Of a stretch of DNA of 64,000 bases, positions 11,991 through 25,501 are shown one piece after another (within the stretch, counting starts at the first letter, position 1; each line of letters opens with the position of its first letter). Under the pieces are notes generated by a model that worked only from the letters and a program-made list of their open reading frames with translations, searched no databases and was not told the origin of the DNA. The stretch covers positions 22,196,001 to 22,260,000 of the forward strand of contig CM075987.1 of NCBI GenBank assembly GCA_038087875.1, in the 5' to 3' direction. Origin of the DNA: Malacoraja senta (taxonomy: Eukaryota). The position numbers and the translations under genes are program-made.

Positions 11991-13730
11991 ACTTTAAATT
12001 AATTCACTATGGCAGCTGAATGGGAAACAAAATCCATGTGCTCTAATTACAATAATGGTGAACTACAAGATAATGTCATCCGTGTTTCATCTAGATGGTC
12101 ACATTAATCAATAACTATTCAAATCTTTGAAAATAAAAATTCCAGTGTTCTTGTAATGTTGCTATCAGCTGCCCATTCAAAATTGAACAAAATGGCTTAT
12201 TTAAGCATACACTGCAACTGCACTTACTGAATGCATCTGTGCAGACCTGAGTGATGAATGTTATTAATGGCCTCAAAGCAGGTTTGGAATTACTTCATGC
12301 CATGAAAAGTTGAATAATTCTAACTTTTCGAAGCTCTTGTAGGTAATTGGAATGATGAAGGTGGGTTCTAGCAGGTGACATATTCATTCAAGGCTTTCTT
12401 TGCTAAGCCAAACCACAAAAACTAGCTAAATAATGGGAGAAACATTAAGCTGTATATGTTCCAAAATGGAGAAAAGTGGAGGTGGGAATTGTCCAACCCC
12501 AGTGAAACCTGGCGACACAAGCTATAACCAAAGCTCTTTTTATTTTTCCCAAAGATTAAGTGGGGATTTCCCTTTGGAAAGCCCATTGACTTAAATTGGC
12601 ATTGGCAGGATGTGATGCAATGGGGACAGATTGTCACAGGACTTTTGTCTTGTGGATGTTGAGTGCAAGTCTCATCCACTCATATTCTAGAGTGAAAATG
12701 GCCTGGAGCTCACTTTCTGCCCATGCACAAATTCATTGGATTGTATGCAATTTGCAGTTTGACGACCGAGCATAGAGTGTGGTCACCGTAAAATGAACAG
12801 TAACCCATTAGTTCTTAAGATTTGCTCCTCTCTCACAGGGTGTTTGTCAGAGGTGAGATGCAACACTGCAGCAAGAAAGATTGACAGCGATGTAGCCATG
12901 TTTGGCAAGGGTTTCACTGAGACTGGTTATGTTTCAAATCGTTTGTCTAATAACATAGCTTGCATGCCACCATAGCTGGTGTTGCCTCTTTCAGAAGTTA
13001 TTCACTATTTATAAAGATGTGGAATGTCCTATGCGGGAGCGAGACAGTTTAAAAAAAAATACCTGCTCTTTACTTTCTTACTAAATTCCTTTCTGTGCTA
13101 TTTTGACACAGCTCTAAACCTTAATTCAGTGTTAAATCATAGAGAAGAATTATAGATCATCACAATACTCATTCATACAAGAACAATGGCAATTATAATC
13201 TAAAAACAGAAAGCCACAGTTGCCAGCAATCTCAAAAAAAGATGGAAAATGTTGGAAACACTCAGCAGATCAGCCAGTGTGGGATGAGAAACAGTTAATG
13301 TTTCACGTTCAAGAACCTTCATCAGATAGAGAATAAGTAATTCTCGGTATATATGACTAAATGATTTCCAGCATCAACAGTTTGGGGATTTTCATCTGCT
13401 AGCGAGGGAACTAAACGTTTCAGTTCAAGTTCGCATTTATTCTCACCTAGCTGGTTAAGGTGCAGTGAAATTTGAGTTCAATGATACCAGAAGGAGAAAC
13501 TTGTACAGTTAAACAAGAATAAATCCAATTACAATCTAAAAGCAAAAGTTACACAGGTTGATAATCTGAAAATAAAACTGAGAAAATGCTGGAAATAGCA
13601 GATCCGACAGTAAGTGTAGAAAGAGAAACAGTGAATATTTCAGGTGAATGAACTACTTAGGAGAGAGAAAAAAATGCCAGAACTCTGCTCTCTACCACAA
13701 ATTCAGAATTAGTTTTCTCCTTTATTCTTA

Positions 13731-14039
13731 TTTAGTTTAGTTTATAGGTACAGCACGGAAACAGGCCCTTCAGTCCACCGAATCCGCGCCGCCCAGTGAC
13801 CACCCTGTACACTAGCACTGTCTTACACACTAGGGTCAATTTGTTTTACACCAGAGCCTATTAGCCTTCAAACCTGTACGTCTTCGGAGTGTGGGAGGAA
13901 ACCTGAGCATATGGAGAAAACCCATGCCGTCATGGGGAGAACGTACAAACTCTGTACAGGCAGCACCCATAGTCAGGATCGAACCCGGATCTCTGGCGCT
14001 GTAAGGCAGCAACTCTACCGCTGCGCCACCGTGCCGTCC
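13731..14039 (-). mobile_element. tRNA-derived V-SINE (HE1-like), full length
   Basis: Minus strand: A-box TGGCGCAGCGG, B-box GGTTCGATCC, CR1-like 3' end AGGGCCTGTTTCC and (CTAAA)n tail. Confidence 0.9.
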
Positions 14040-14937
14040 TAATTATTTGCTTCTCTCTATTTACATCTCACACAGCTTGGAGACAATTAACAACTGTTCC
14101 CCATCACTTTTGAGCCAGAACCAATGCCATCAGTGTTATCCAGTTACTCTTAATCTCAACTTTACTGTAAACATTTCCACTGTTCCCTCTGTTCCCATTC
14201 CCCTTCTACCCATGCCTCTCAACAGCTTCAAATATGCTTCCAACCTGGACTCTTCATAGTTCAGATAAGTGGCCATTGACCTGAAATGTTGACTGTTTCT
14301 CATATGTTGCTGGACCTGCTAGGTATTTACTTGTCCTGCTTTTATGCCAATTGAAATATTGAAATATGATGAGGAAGACTTCCTTGGGTTCCATGCAACA
14401 CTTTTCTGAGCCTATTCTGTAAAAACATACTTAATTTCATCACCCTATAGGACATCATCGCCTCTCACACAAAAAGCTAAATGGAGTGGGAAGGGCAAAG
14501 AGAAAATTACATTTGAATTATCTGTCAGCATTGACCATTATATGCATAAATTAGTCCTCATGAAACACTACACCAGCAAGAATCAGTAGAAGATGAGGGA
14601 TAATAAGAAATAAATTTGGGGAAGTTGGAAAGTTCAAAAGGTAGGACCATAGGTGGAGAAATCATTTGTTCAATTCGTTTGACAGGAGAGTTAATAGGTA
14701 GAGGACACAGATTTAAAATAATTGGCAGAAAAATCAGAGGGAAATTGGGAGGAACATTTTAGTTGGCAATTGAAATGCTGCCTAAATTGAGAGTCAGCAA
14801 ATTTAACAGTAAATTACTTAAGGGAGTTTATTAGTTCATATTTGTTTACATGGCTCTTGGAAAGGAGCAGAGGACTGGGACTAATGGATGCACCTTTTCA
14901 GAGACGCATGATAAACTGAATGGGCATTTGTACTCTA

Positions 14938-15257
14938 CCCCTGTCCGACTTAGGAAACCTGAACGGAAACCTCTGGAGACTTTGCGCCCCACCTAAGGTT
15001 TCCGTGCGGTTCCCGGAGGTTTTTGTCAGTCTCCCTAATGGTCGAAAGTGGTTTCCGCTTCTTCTATGTTCCGGCGAAATAATCGGTGGAACATAGAAAA
15101 AGCGGAAACCACTTTCGACCATTAGGGAGACTGACAAAAACCTCCGGGAACCTCCGGGAACCGCACGGAAACCTTGGGTGGGGCGCAAAGTCTCCAGAGG
15201 TTTCCGTTCAGGTTTCCTAAGTGGGACAGGGGCATTATAAGTGGGACAGGGGCATTA
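14938..15257. mobile_element. PIF/Harbinger-type MITE, family 3 (whole element is a hairpin)
   Basis: ~135-bp arms are near-perfect inverted repeats around a short loop at ~15073-15087. The right end AGTGGGACAGGGGCA+TTA is tandemly duplicated (15218-15237 = 15238-15257); the left tip is missing. Confidence 0.85.
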
Positions 15258-15299
15258 GGTTCCTGAAGAGGAGGAAACTTAGCTTATGTATATGTTCGT

Positions 15300-15497
15300 A
15301 CAAAAAAAAGACACAAAGTGCTGGAGTAACTCAGTTGGTCGGGCAGCATCCCTGGAGAATATGGACAGGTGACATTTCGGGTTGACCCAAAAAGTCACCT
15401 CTCCATGTTCCCCAGAGATGGCTGCCTGTCCGGCTGAGTTACTCCAGCACTTTGTGTCTTTTTTTGTAAACCAGCATCTGCAGTTCCTTGGTTCTAT
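15300..15497. mobile_element. Short palindromic Penelope-derived element
   Basis: Inverted arms GACACAAAGTGCTGGAGTAACTCAG / CTGAGTTACTCCAGCACTTTGTGTC, followed by AAACCAGCATCTGCAGTTCC. Confidence 0.8.
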
Positions 15498-17753
15498 GTT
15501 GACTGGATCCCATTTCACATTTCATGAGTTAGGGTAACATGCTGCAAAGAAGAAAATCAGAGCAATTGAGAATTGAAGAAGACTACAAAATGTCCCCTCT
15601 TTATTCCATATTTATATAGAGTTGTGTAATAAAGAAAGCAAAATGGCCTCATCCTGAATAGCAAACATAGTGCTGCTGATGTTCTACACATTGAACTGTT
15701 TTATTTTGTAGTTTGGTTCATGTTCATTGCATAAAACATGTTTACAAAATATGGCAGCCAGTGTAGTAGCTGCTTATTCTTCAGTCTGGTAATGAATGAG
15801 TTAACAGTTCTTGACATTTACTGGTAGAGGAGACTGACTCATAGATGCATTAGTCTCAGCCTACCACTGCTGCCTGCGTTCTCCACTGAACACACAGCAT
15901 TCACAGCACTTTCAATCACCACAGCTCAGCTGCTGAACAATAGCACCATTCAGCACATTTGCTGTTGGAGCCCAATGTAGGAGTTCGGCTAAACTAAAGG
16001 CACTCAGCTGCCAGAGGCAGCCGCAGTACTTTAGTAAGCCCGCACTATCATTGCACAATCCTGCCTGCAGCCAATATGTGCAAATTTACACAAGGGCATA
16101 GCAGGAAAACGCAGTGAAAATGAGTGGCATGATAACAAAGTACAGAAATACTTCCCAGATGTGCTCTGCCAATGGATTGGTTGATTAAGGTATTCTTAGC
16201 TTCTAACTGAGCCACGTACTCTATTGTGAATCCTTTATTAGCTGATGTCAGCTAAAGTGGTAATTGAGGCAATGCTACTGGCCCTGGAAATGAGAAAAGA
16301 TCAAAAATACCATCCAGTGTTCCCAGATGGAAAGTCTGCAGATTTAGTTTTAATACGCACAATGATAACATCTTCCATATATGTACAGTGCCTTTAACAT
16401 AATAAAATGCCCCAAACTGCTTTACAGATTATTATCAGATAAATAATGACACAAAGCTACATAAGATGATATTAGGATAAGAAAATTAAATGTTTCGAGC
16501 CACATTTTAAATGAGGAGAGGAAAGATTAGTGGTAGAATTTCAGACAGTTGAAAATACATCCATTGATGATGGAGAGATACAAATTAGGAGTACACGAGA
16601 AACAAGGATTGGAGGGTTAGTGGGACTTAAGAGATTGGACACATAGACTGTTTGCACATACAAACTTGGTCAAGTTATCAGAGGTGATTCCTGAAAACAG
16701 TATATAGTTTTGAGGAAAAATTGTGCAAGATTCATCTGTACTCTTGATCTGAGTGGAATGAAAAGTTAAAATATGTAATGTTCCAGTAGGGATGGAAATG
16801 GTTGATGTTTCATCTGGCGGGGAATCTGGAGCTTGGAATTGTAGGATAAGAGGTTGACCACTTATGAATGAGATGAAGAGGAACTCTTTTTCTTAGAGAG
16901 TTGTGATTGTTAGGAATTCTCTGGAGCAGAAATATGTTAATGCTAAATCATTAAGTATATTCAAGACTGAGATAGATTTTTGGACCACAAAAGGAATATG
17001 TATTTTTTCCAATATACTCCCATTAATTTCTATAGAAACCATTATGTAATTTCTTCAAATATATCCCCATCTAGTTCTGTAGAAACCATTGCAATAGAGT
17101 ATATTTTTGAGTGTAAGGTTTTGTAGTTTGATCTTAATCACACTTAAAAATCTATTGATTGATATGGTTAAGCATTGCATTCTTATGTATGGTTATGAAT
17201 TTATGACCTTCTCCAGAGACCTTCCTGGTTTTGATGATCTTGGACTCTATTTCTCTACAGATACACTGAGTATTTCCTATCTTTGTTCTGATTTCTAGTA
17301 TCTAGAATGACTTTAATACATACAATTAATTCTAGTTGGACCATGATGCTATATATGCAATGTTTACCTGATGTAATGCTTGTTCAGTACGCGAGAGTGT
17401 TTTTGCTGGTTTGCCAGTTAGTTGAAGACAGTTAAAGAGTAATCCATTCCTTTCCTGAATAGTTCTTCAAGCTTTTGTAACCTGTGTGGGTTACTATTTA
17501 CTATTTAACCAAATTTACTATTTATTTGGATTTTCCTGAGAAATGCCTCAATATCCATCCGCAACTGTTAGAAAACTTGGGACTGGTGTACAAATATACA
17601 CTCACTCAATTGTGCTATGACCATGCATTCAATATTCTGTAGTTCCCCAGCAGATATGCTGGAAAATCTTCCATCCAAACTTGCAGCATTTTCAACAAGT
17701 TTGTGTATTTCAGGGAGCAATGGTTGTGAAGAGAAGAGGTAAGTTAAAGTGAG

Positions 17754-18039
17754 TAGGAAGGAAATGCAAATGCAGGTTTACACCAAAGATAGACACAAAA
17801 TGCTGGGGTAACTCAGCGGGTCAGGCAGCATCTCTGGGGAAAAGAAATAGGTGACGTTTCGGGTTGAGGCCCTTCTTCAGAATGAGAGTGAGAGAAACGA
17901 GAGATATAGAAGAGACATAGAACAAATGAATGAAAGATACGCAAAAAGCAATGATGATCAAAGAAAGGTGGAGCCCAGAATGGCCCATTTTTGGCTGTGG
18001 GGTAGGTGATAACAAGTTATACAAACAGTGAAACTCAAC
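17754..18039 (-). mobile_element. Penelope-derived terminal repeat insertion with 12-bp TSD and hammerhead-like core
   Basis: TSD AGTTAAAGTGAG at 17742-17753 and 18040-18051; minus strand 17880-17851 reads CTGAAGA-A-GGGCCTCAACCC-GAAA-CG-TC. Confidence 0.8.
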
Positions 18040-18499
18040 AGTTAAAGTGAGAGTTGAGAGAACTTAAATGTACAATCGTTTTGAATATTATCTATTGTTT
18101 TAATGTGTTATTTGAATTGTTTTTAACCTTCTTTATATGGCTGTCAAAACATAGCGATTAAGCTAACACTTTTAGAGGACTGGAAATTGTACCTCGTTAT
18201 TGTTTATATTAAGAAAATAAAACAGGTGACACAATGGCACAGCAGAGAGTACTACTGCCTGACTGCAGGGAAGTTACATGGAAACAGGTTTTGTGTCTCC
18301 AAGACTGTTTAAATCCAAGACAGCTGTTTTTCTTCTTGTCAATTTCCAAAGTAACATTTAACATTGTTTATGATACATCCTACTAATGTTGTTTGTGATG
18401 TAAATATATAAATGTCTTGGACAAAATGTAGATGTTGGTTGGTACATTTCTAGATGACAGAACATTTAGAAATGTTAGTTCTGGACAGTGAGAAAATGA

Positions 18500-18785
18500 T
18501 ACAGCAACATATGGGTAGGTGGAGAAATGGCAGATGGAATTTAATCTGAGCAAATGAGGTGCACTGTGGGAGGTACAACTTTAGGGGAAAGCACACAGTT
18601 GATTTTATCAGCATTGATGCACAGAGGGATCTTGGGTTCTAAGTTCATAGCTCCCTGAAAGTGCCAACGCAAGAAGATAGACTAGTAAAGAAGGCGTATG
18701 ATGTGCTTGCCTTCATCGGTCAGGGTACTGAGTGGGAAGTCAACTTGCAATTTTAGAAAACTTTGTTTGGGCCACATTTGGAGGG
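18500..18785 (+). mobile_element. Decayed CR1 ORF2 fragment
   Basis: Resembles 26240-26545 (WQMEFN..., QRDLG..., PHLE). Confidence 0.6.
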
Positions 18786-18789
18786 TGAT

Positions 18790-19110
18790 GGCATTGGTGC
18801 AACTGATATTGTGCATATTCACGCCATTACTAAATTCAGTGACATAGTAGCCACATGTAATTTGAGGAGAAAATGTATCCATGTTTGTGCTGGCAAGTCC
18901 ACAATGCCAACAGCCTGCTCCCACGCTATGCCACTCCTAATGAACGCCTCCTCAGGTCGCCAGTTTTTCTATTTGATGGGTCAGAGAGGGGATGTAGGAA
19001 GAGGTTCGGGCATAGAACCCAAGACCGTAAGCAGAGTCTTGGTCATCGGGTGTGGTCAGGGAGTTACAATTCGCTGCAGTTACAAAGGGTGGAGTCTTTC
19101 AGTTTCCCAT
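18790..19110 (-). mobile_element. Possible L1-clade ORF2 C-terminal fragment
   Basis: Minus frame IAWEQAVGIVDLPAQTWIHFLLKLHVATMSLNL resembles the fish-type L1 motif xWExDLG...W..I...H.xS; contains stops. Confidence 0.35.
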
Positions 19111-20589
19111 CTCTGACGTTCACAGACATTCAAGGCTTTCAAAACTACTAAAAGGTAAACATATTTTCAAAGACTTCCATAAATTATATAAAAGTAAACA
19201 CATTTAAATAAATTCTCTCAATTCAAAGAAATGTGAATTATCTGAAATGCCTCTCTCCCATGTAGCTGTTCCTCTCCATTGAAATGAAGGAGTAATTTGA
19301 ATATACAGTATGTCACCATTAAAAGCAGAGTGAATTTGATACTGGTGATCAGTTTGGGTTTTCTGCAATTGTGAATGCTTAAACATGAACCCTGAACAAT
19401 CTCATGTTTTTTTTTGTGGAAATTGTGGAAATTGTGGGTCATTAACAGCTCATTGCACAAGGCAATAAAATAAAATATAAGAATTTACTTTGGCCTGTTC
19501 ATGAATAATCTTATTATTGTGAAGGAGGGTCTCGACCCAAAACGTCACCCATTCTATCCAGAGATGCTGCCTGTGTCACCCCAGCATTTTGTGTCTATCT
19601 TCAGTGAATAATGTCATCCAAGTGTATCCACCTCTATTTGTATCTCATTTATAGTCTATTATAAGAACAAGAAAGGAAATCAGTTTTGATAAAATAAGGA
19701 AATGCATTTATATTGCACCTTTCACAAGCTCAAACTGCACCAATGTACTTTTAATGCAGAAAATATGGCAGTCTGCAAGATTCCACAGTACAGATCATCT
19801 GTATTTCGTGATATCGGTTGGTGGTTAAATATTGGTCAAGACTCTGGAGATAGCTGTTGTTTTTTCATTTAGTGGCCTCTGATGTTTCGAGGATAGATAG
19901 CACTGCATTGCAATATCTCAACTAAAATATGCCACCATAGAGTGGACCAAAGTATTGTATCCATCCCATTGCTCACATCAAATGGAGGGAATAACGGATG
20001 TTGCAGTGTTCTTGGTTTGAATTTATTGTTTATTGTGAACTCAGCTCGATGGGTAATTGAGAAACTAAAATTGAGTCAGTGATATTGCTCTTGTCTCTGT
20101 CAGAAGGTGGTAGAGTGATGTGCCACACCACACATGTCAACAAGACTGTCACTCCCAGTGCTAGAATTAAGAAAGTGTCATATGTTTTCTAAACTACCCT
20201 AGTGACTACACCTCACACATAGTTCATTAGGGTTAAGTGCTTTGGGACCAATATAATCATTTAACTACAGTTATCCCCAGTCACGGGAGATGGATGAGCC
20301 AAAGTGTGCTCTTGGAAAGGATACCTGGCACTTTTCAACCTTCCTGACCTTGTAAGTTCATCAAACTCTGTCACTGAGTTGGTATGGCATGCAGCATCAT
20401 GGTTGTACCCTGGTTACCTGCTTTTACCACAGCTATGCTTCATGTGAGTCTGAAAACTCAGATCCCTGCACAATGCTGCACTATTGTCACCCTCAAAGAA
20501 CCTACATTTTGCCACTGCATCCAAAAATATGTTCACATTTTTGCCCTTTTCAGTTATTGCAAATCTTTAAAAGATTACAACAGCATGGT

Positions 20590-21170
20590 TATCCCGATGT
20601 TCCCAATGATCGGGGAAACTAGAACTAGGGGACATAGTTGTAGAATAAGGGGGGGCTCTTTTAAAACTGAGATGAGGAAGAACTTCTTCACCCAGAGGGT
20701 GGTTAATTTATGGAATTCACTGCCCCAGGGAGCAGTGGAAGCAGAAACATTAAATATATTTAAGTCTAAAATAGATGGTTTTTTAGCTGCCAAGGGGATA
20801 AGGGGCTACGGGGAGAGGGCAGGGATATGGACCTAGGTATGGTTAGTATAGTAAGACCTGAGTGATCTCCTGGACAAGTGTCGATCGCCTGGATTGGGGT
20901 CGGAGAGGAATTTCCCGGATTTTTTTCCCGAATTGGACCTGGGTTTTTATCCGTTTTTTTGCCTCCCCCAGGAGATCACGCGGTTCTTGGGGTGGAGAGG
21001 GGTGATAGCGGTATAAAGGGGAGGGTAGTGTCTTGTGTTCTGTGTCTTGTGTCTACTGTTTGTGGGTAAGGGTGTCTGTTTAATGTTCAGCCATGAGCGA
21101 ATGGCGGTGCGGGCTCGATGGGCCTGGTGGTCTACTCTCGCACCTACTTTCTATGTTTCTATGTTTCTAT
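20590..21170 (+). mobile_element. Young 5'-truncated CR1 (ORF2 C-terminus plus long 3' UTR)
   Basis: MFPMIGETRTRGHSCRIRGGSFKTEMRKNFFTQRVVNLWNSLPQ...GIRGYGERAGIWT*; tail (TTCTATGT)n. Confidence 0.92.
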
Positions 21171-22189
21171 CTCAGAAGAATAGTGTTTGTAATACCAGGA
21201 ATTCTCACAGTATCATTATTAAGGAGAAAAGATTAATTAGAATGACGTCAGGACTGATAGACATTTGTTACAGGAGAGATTAGAAGAACTGGGATCATTC
21301 TCCTTGCAGCAGGGAGGGTTTCATAGAGCATTCAAAATCATGAGTGCTTTTAAAAGGACGGCAAATAAACTAAAACAGAAACAGAAGGTAATTTCAAAAA
21401 GATGCCGAAATGACAGGAGAAAATGTTTATGTACAAAGCAATTTGTTGTTTGATAGGGAGGTGGAAGCTGATTCACAGGTAACGTTTAAAAGGACTGGTT
21501 GTTGAGAAAAAATTGCATGGTTTGAGAGGAAGAACAAGGAAATGGGATTAAATATGCCACCATCTAGAAGAATAAGCATAGATACAATGAGTGGAATCAC
21601 CTGCACTATATCATTCTATGCGTCGAGGCTGATCCCTCAAAATATTGAAGCTGGTTTGCCTCATGTCAGCTACTTTTTCTGCTCAATATTTTGCTTGTAC
21701 AGCAACATAAGATTCATATTTCTCCACCATTTTCTTATGCCTCAGCTGTTCATGCTGCAAGTTTAACTCAGTGCTCTTCACCAAACTGCTTCCTGAATGT
21801 GGATGTCTTCCTGTGCCTCAATGACCACAACTGGCACAGGACACGAGGTGCTGTCTGAACAGAACACACTATATCTTGTACTTCGCTGTTCAACACTCTA
21901 TTTGCTTTGTTGATTACTATTTTACCATGACTGGATGCGTTGACTGAAACCTGTAAGCTGTCTTTCAAGTTCACCTTCAGCTTTTTTTGCTTGCACTTTA
22001 CTGAGATAGTGGCTCAGATTTTGTCTGCCAGACCTTTTTTTTTCCCAACCCCAGACTCAGACTTAATTAACAGGCAAAGAGCTGCCGCATGCATGAAGAG
22101 AGAAGAACAACAAAGGTGAGTATTACAAATAGAGTAAAAAAACTGGAAAGGGACAGAGAGCAAAACTAAATAGGAATCAAAATTTTATT

Positions 22190-24290
22190 TCCAAAAATAT
22201 ACCACTTTCATAAACTGTAAATATATGTTACATGACACTTGTGCATCACCACCCACAAGACGAGGTACATTGTCTCATTTACCTCCAAGATTTATGTTAT
22301 ATTAGCATGACATTTTTTATTTCACATGCATTCTATGAGTAATAAGTCAGAGAGGCTTTTACACATGTTTTTTGCACCCTAGTGTGCAGTGGACTGTAAA
22401 CTTTAGCCTTTCTATATAAAGCCTATGCAGCATCTGCACTAAGCTTCAGCCTGTCTCTCAACACTTATTCCTGCATCTTGGAATGTGCTAGTATGCAACA
22501 TTTGGTTGTGGACACAACTCCTTGCACTGGAAGACCAGCAAGTTTCAAACAGGTGTCTTCCTCCAAACTGAAAATCCTCCAACAGCCGTTACATTAGTGT
22601 CAGCGTGAATCCCTGGGAACAGACTGTAGACCACAGAGACGTGTGTAACACAGCTGTACAAGATGAATATTAACAGAGACTGCTGCACCTTCAGCAGACC
22701 TCTTGGCAAACACTCATTCTTGAGAAAGATAGATAATGGTTTCCTCACTTAGACACTTTGAGGGCAGCACATTGAGACACCAGCTGTACATGAAGGATCT
22801 GACGTGCAAGGCCTTTCTCACCACCGGCTAAGCAAGGTTGTGCTGCTTAGTTGAAAGTTCTACTGATGAGGCACCATCATCTTTTCTTGCAGGACTATCA
22901 GAATATTCCATACACACTGCCTGATTCACTTGCCGTCACTGGTTTCACAACCTTTACCAGAAAGGACATGTGGTAAGGTACAGCTAAATGAAATATTCTG
23001 CAACGGCAACAGTGATAAATCAACCCCATTGAATCTTGTGACAATTGATGCTTATGTACCGAGGGTCCACACAGAGTTTGATGCAAGCACGCACAAAGGG
23101 AGCCATCAGAAAAAGGGGCACAGTGGAAGTATTTTATTTATTTTCTTTGGGGATCTGTACATCGAGTCTCTGGAAATAATACATTTGCAATGTACAGAGT
23201 GGTGAAATAGACCTTGGATGACTACTATAATGCAGAAGCTGTGTGCATGGCATTATGCACCACACACACACTGAGATCACCTCTCACCTGATGAGCTGAT
23301 TCTTTCCCACAATAGAGAGGAAATCCTGCTCCCAAAATTCCAATTTCTACTTCACTCTGGCTGCTGGCAGTGGTCCTTTCTCTGTCCATTCCCAAGGCCC
23401 TTAACCATATTTGCAGCATCTTCAGGTAGTCAGACTTGAAGGGAACATAGGATCAGTTTGAGCAGTTGTCAAACAACGCTGCCTGGCTTTTCCCCAGTTC
23501 ATCTAGGCCCCTGAGGCTCACAGGTTGCAGGTGTGGATCAGACAGATTGTCGGTGTGGATCAGCAGTGAATCCAAGCAGATGATGGCAATGTTGAACATG
23601 GAAGGACCCGAATATCTCCATTGCCTGGAATCATCATGACTCTCATGCCCACATCCTTCCTGTTTCATATAATACACTAACAAATGAACAACCTTGACTA
23701 AAAATATTTGATCAGGAAGCTTTCATTTTCTAACTTATTAATTTGTACTAAGCTGCATCTCCTATTTGTATTGAGTACCCATATCCATTTGTGCTTTCCC
23801 CTCCCAAACACCATTTTGGAAAGCATGACCATTGTGTATGTATTCAGCATTCTGTCAAAAAGCATCCTTTGCCTCAAACTTAGACAAATACCATTTCTTG
23901 TTGATCGCATCCATGAGAACTTCATGGAAGACAGAAATCTTCCTCCAGTGATGGAGCAGATTAGCTCTGAATGAGGCTCCAGTCTTGGAGCAGACTGGAT
24001 TCAATTGGTGAAGATCTTGGACAAAACCTTGTGAATCCATGTGAAGCAGTGAAATGGGCCACCAATTTTTGATCTCCTGCCTCTTCTTCAGCTTGAGGGT
24101 GAGCATAATTAGCACACTTTTTCTGACACAATGCCAGCCAGTAGCATACTGCTGTACAGCCTGGGTTGTCCGAATCCCACAAAACCAGAAAGCCATTGCA
24201 TCCAGGAGTTTTACTTCTCAGCAGGGAACAGTTAAACCTAGTCAATTTCTCCAAAGTTAATGGGTTTCCCAGTTTCCTGCTCTCTGTCCT
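22190..24290 (-). mobile_element. Decayed Tx1-type (L1 superfamily) LINE ORF2: RT domain through C-terminus
   Basis: Frame-shifted pieces KNWWPISLLHMDS, FDRMLNTYTMVMLSKMVFG, QIWLRALG and YSLFPGIHADTNV match vertebrate Tx1 ORF2 motifs in the right order. Confidence 0.8.
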
Positions 24291-24309
24291 CCAAAACCTT
24301 AAAGCGGTG

Positions 24310-25030
24310 GTGTATTTGGGGAAGTTAAATTAGGGCCCTGGGGTGTGTTACAGAGCAGGGAAATGTAGGAGTACAACGTTCCCTAAGAGCGGCATCACAG
24401 GGTGGTCAAGAAAGCTTTCGGTACGTTAGCCTTCATCAGTCAGGGTACTGAGTAGAGAAGATGGATGTTATGCCTCAGCTGCACACCATGTTGGTGTGGC
24501 CGCATTTGGAGTACTATGTTCAGTTTAGGTCACCTTGCTACAGGAAGGATATTCTGAAGCTGGAAAGAGTGCAGAGAAGATATATGAGGATAATGTCAGG
24601 GCCTGAAGGCCTGAGTTACAGGAAGAGGTTGAACAGGCTGGAACTTTATTCCTGAGCGTGCAGGAGGCTGAGTGGTGATCTTATAGAGGTGTATAAAATC
24701 ACGAGTGGAATAGATAGCATGAATGCACAGTTTTTTACCCAGAGTAGGGAATCAAGAATCACAGGACATGGGAGAGGGAAATATTTGATAAAAACCTGAA
24801 CAGCATCTTTTTTTTTTTTGCACTCAGAGGGTTGTGAGTATGTGGAACGAGCAGCCAGAGGAGGTAGTTGTCACAGGTACTATGATAACATTTAAAATAA
24901 CATTTGGACAGGTGAATGGATAAGAAAGGTTTATGGGCAAAATGCAAGCAGGTGGGTCTAGCTTTGATGGGGCATCTTGTTCAGCTTGGACAAGTTGGGT
25001 GAAGGGCCTGTTTCCACGCTGCACGACTCG
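24310..25030 (+). mobile_element. CR1 3' fragment
   Basis: ORF LVWPHLEYYVQFRSPCYRKDILKLERVQRR...; CR1 3' UTR ending GAAGGGCCTGTTTCC. Confidence 0.85.
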
Positions 25031-25501
25031 TGCTGTATTACCACAGTCAGTTATGTCAGTCAAACAGCCTCTCCAACCAGCAACCAACTCAGCTCAACCA
25101 GAGCATGTCTAGAGCAGGGAACAGGAGTGAGGGGGAAATAATGTGGAGGAAAGGAGTTAAGATGTGCAAGATGAGTCTGGCTGAAGAGCAATGGTCTCCT
25201 CTGGCTTGCTAATATGGCCTAGATCTGGAGTGGTTATCGTAGCTGTCACTCTGGTGAAGTCCTCACACAGCTCACAAATGTTGCAGACAAATCTAGAAGC
25301 AATGGGTCCTCTGTTTGGTAAATTCCTGTTTAAATTCCAAACTTTGGTGGAAGGGAAAATCTGCAACATTTCATACTGCATGGTGGTGAATTTTTGTTCT
25401 GCAAATATTCTGCGGGTATTGCTGTTTCAGAGGGAACCAAGGTAGAAATGAAGAGGTGTCATTGTGATGTGATAGACCTGTAATCAACATCTGTTTCTGG
25501 C

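Noticed and set aside
17714-17738. 25-nt micro-exon-like segment (TTTCAG|...|GTAAGT)
   Set aside because: No partner exons or recognisable peptide; such site pairs occur by chance in 64 kb.
22055-22115. 61-nt exon-like segment with good splice sites
   Set aside because: Sits between two decayed LINEs, with a pyrimidine tract that probably derives from antisense CR1; no supporting context.
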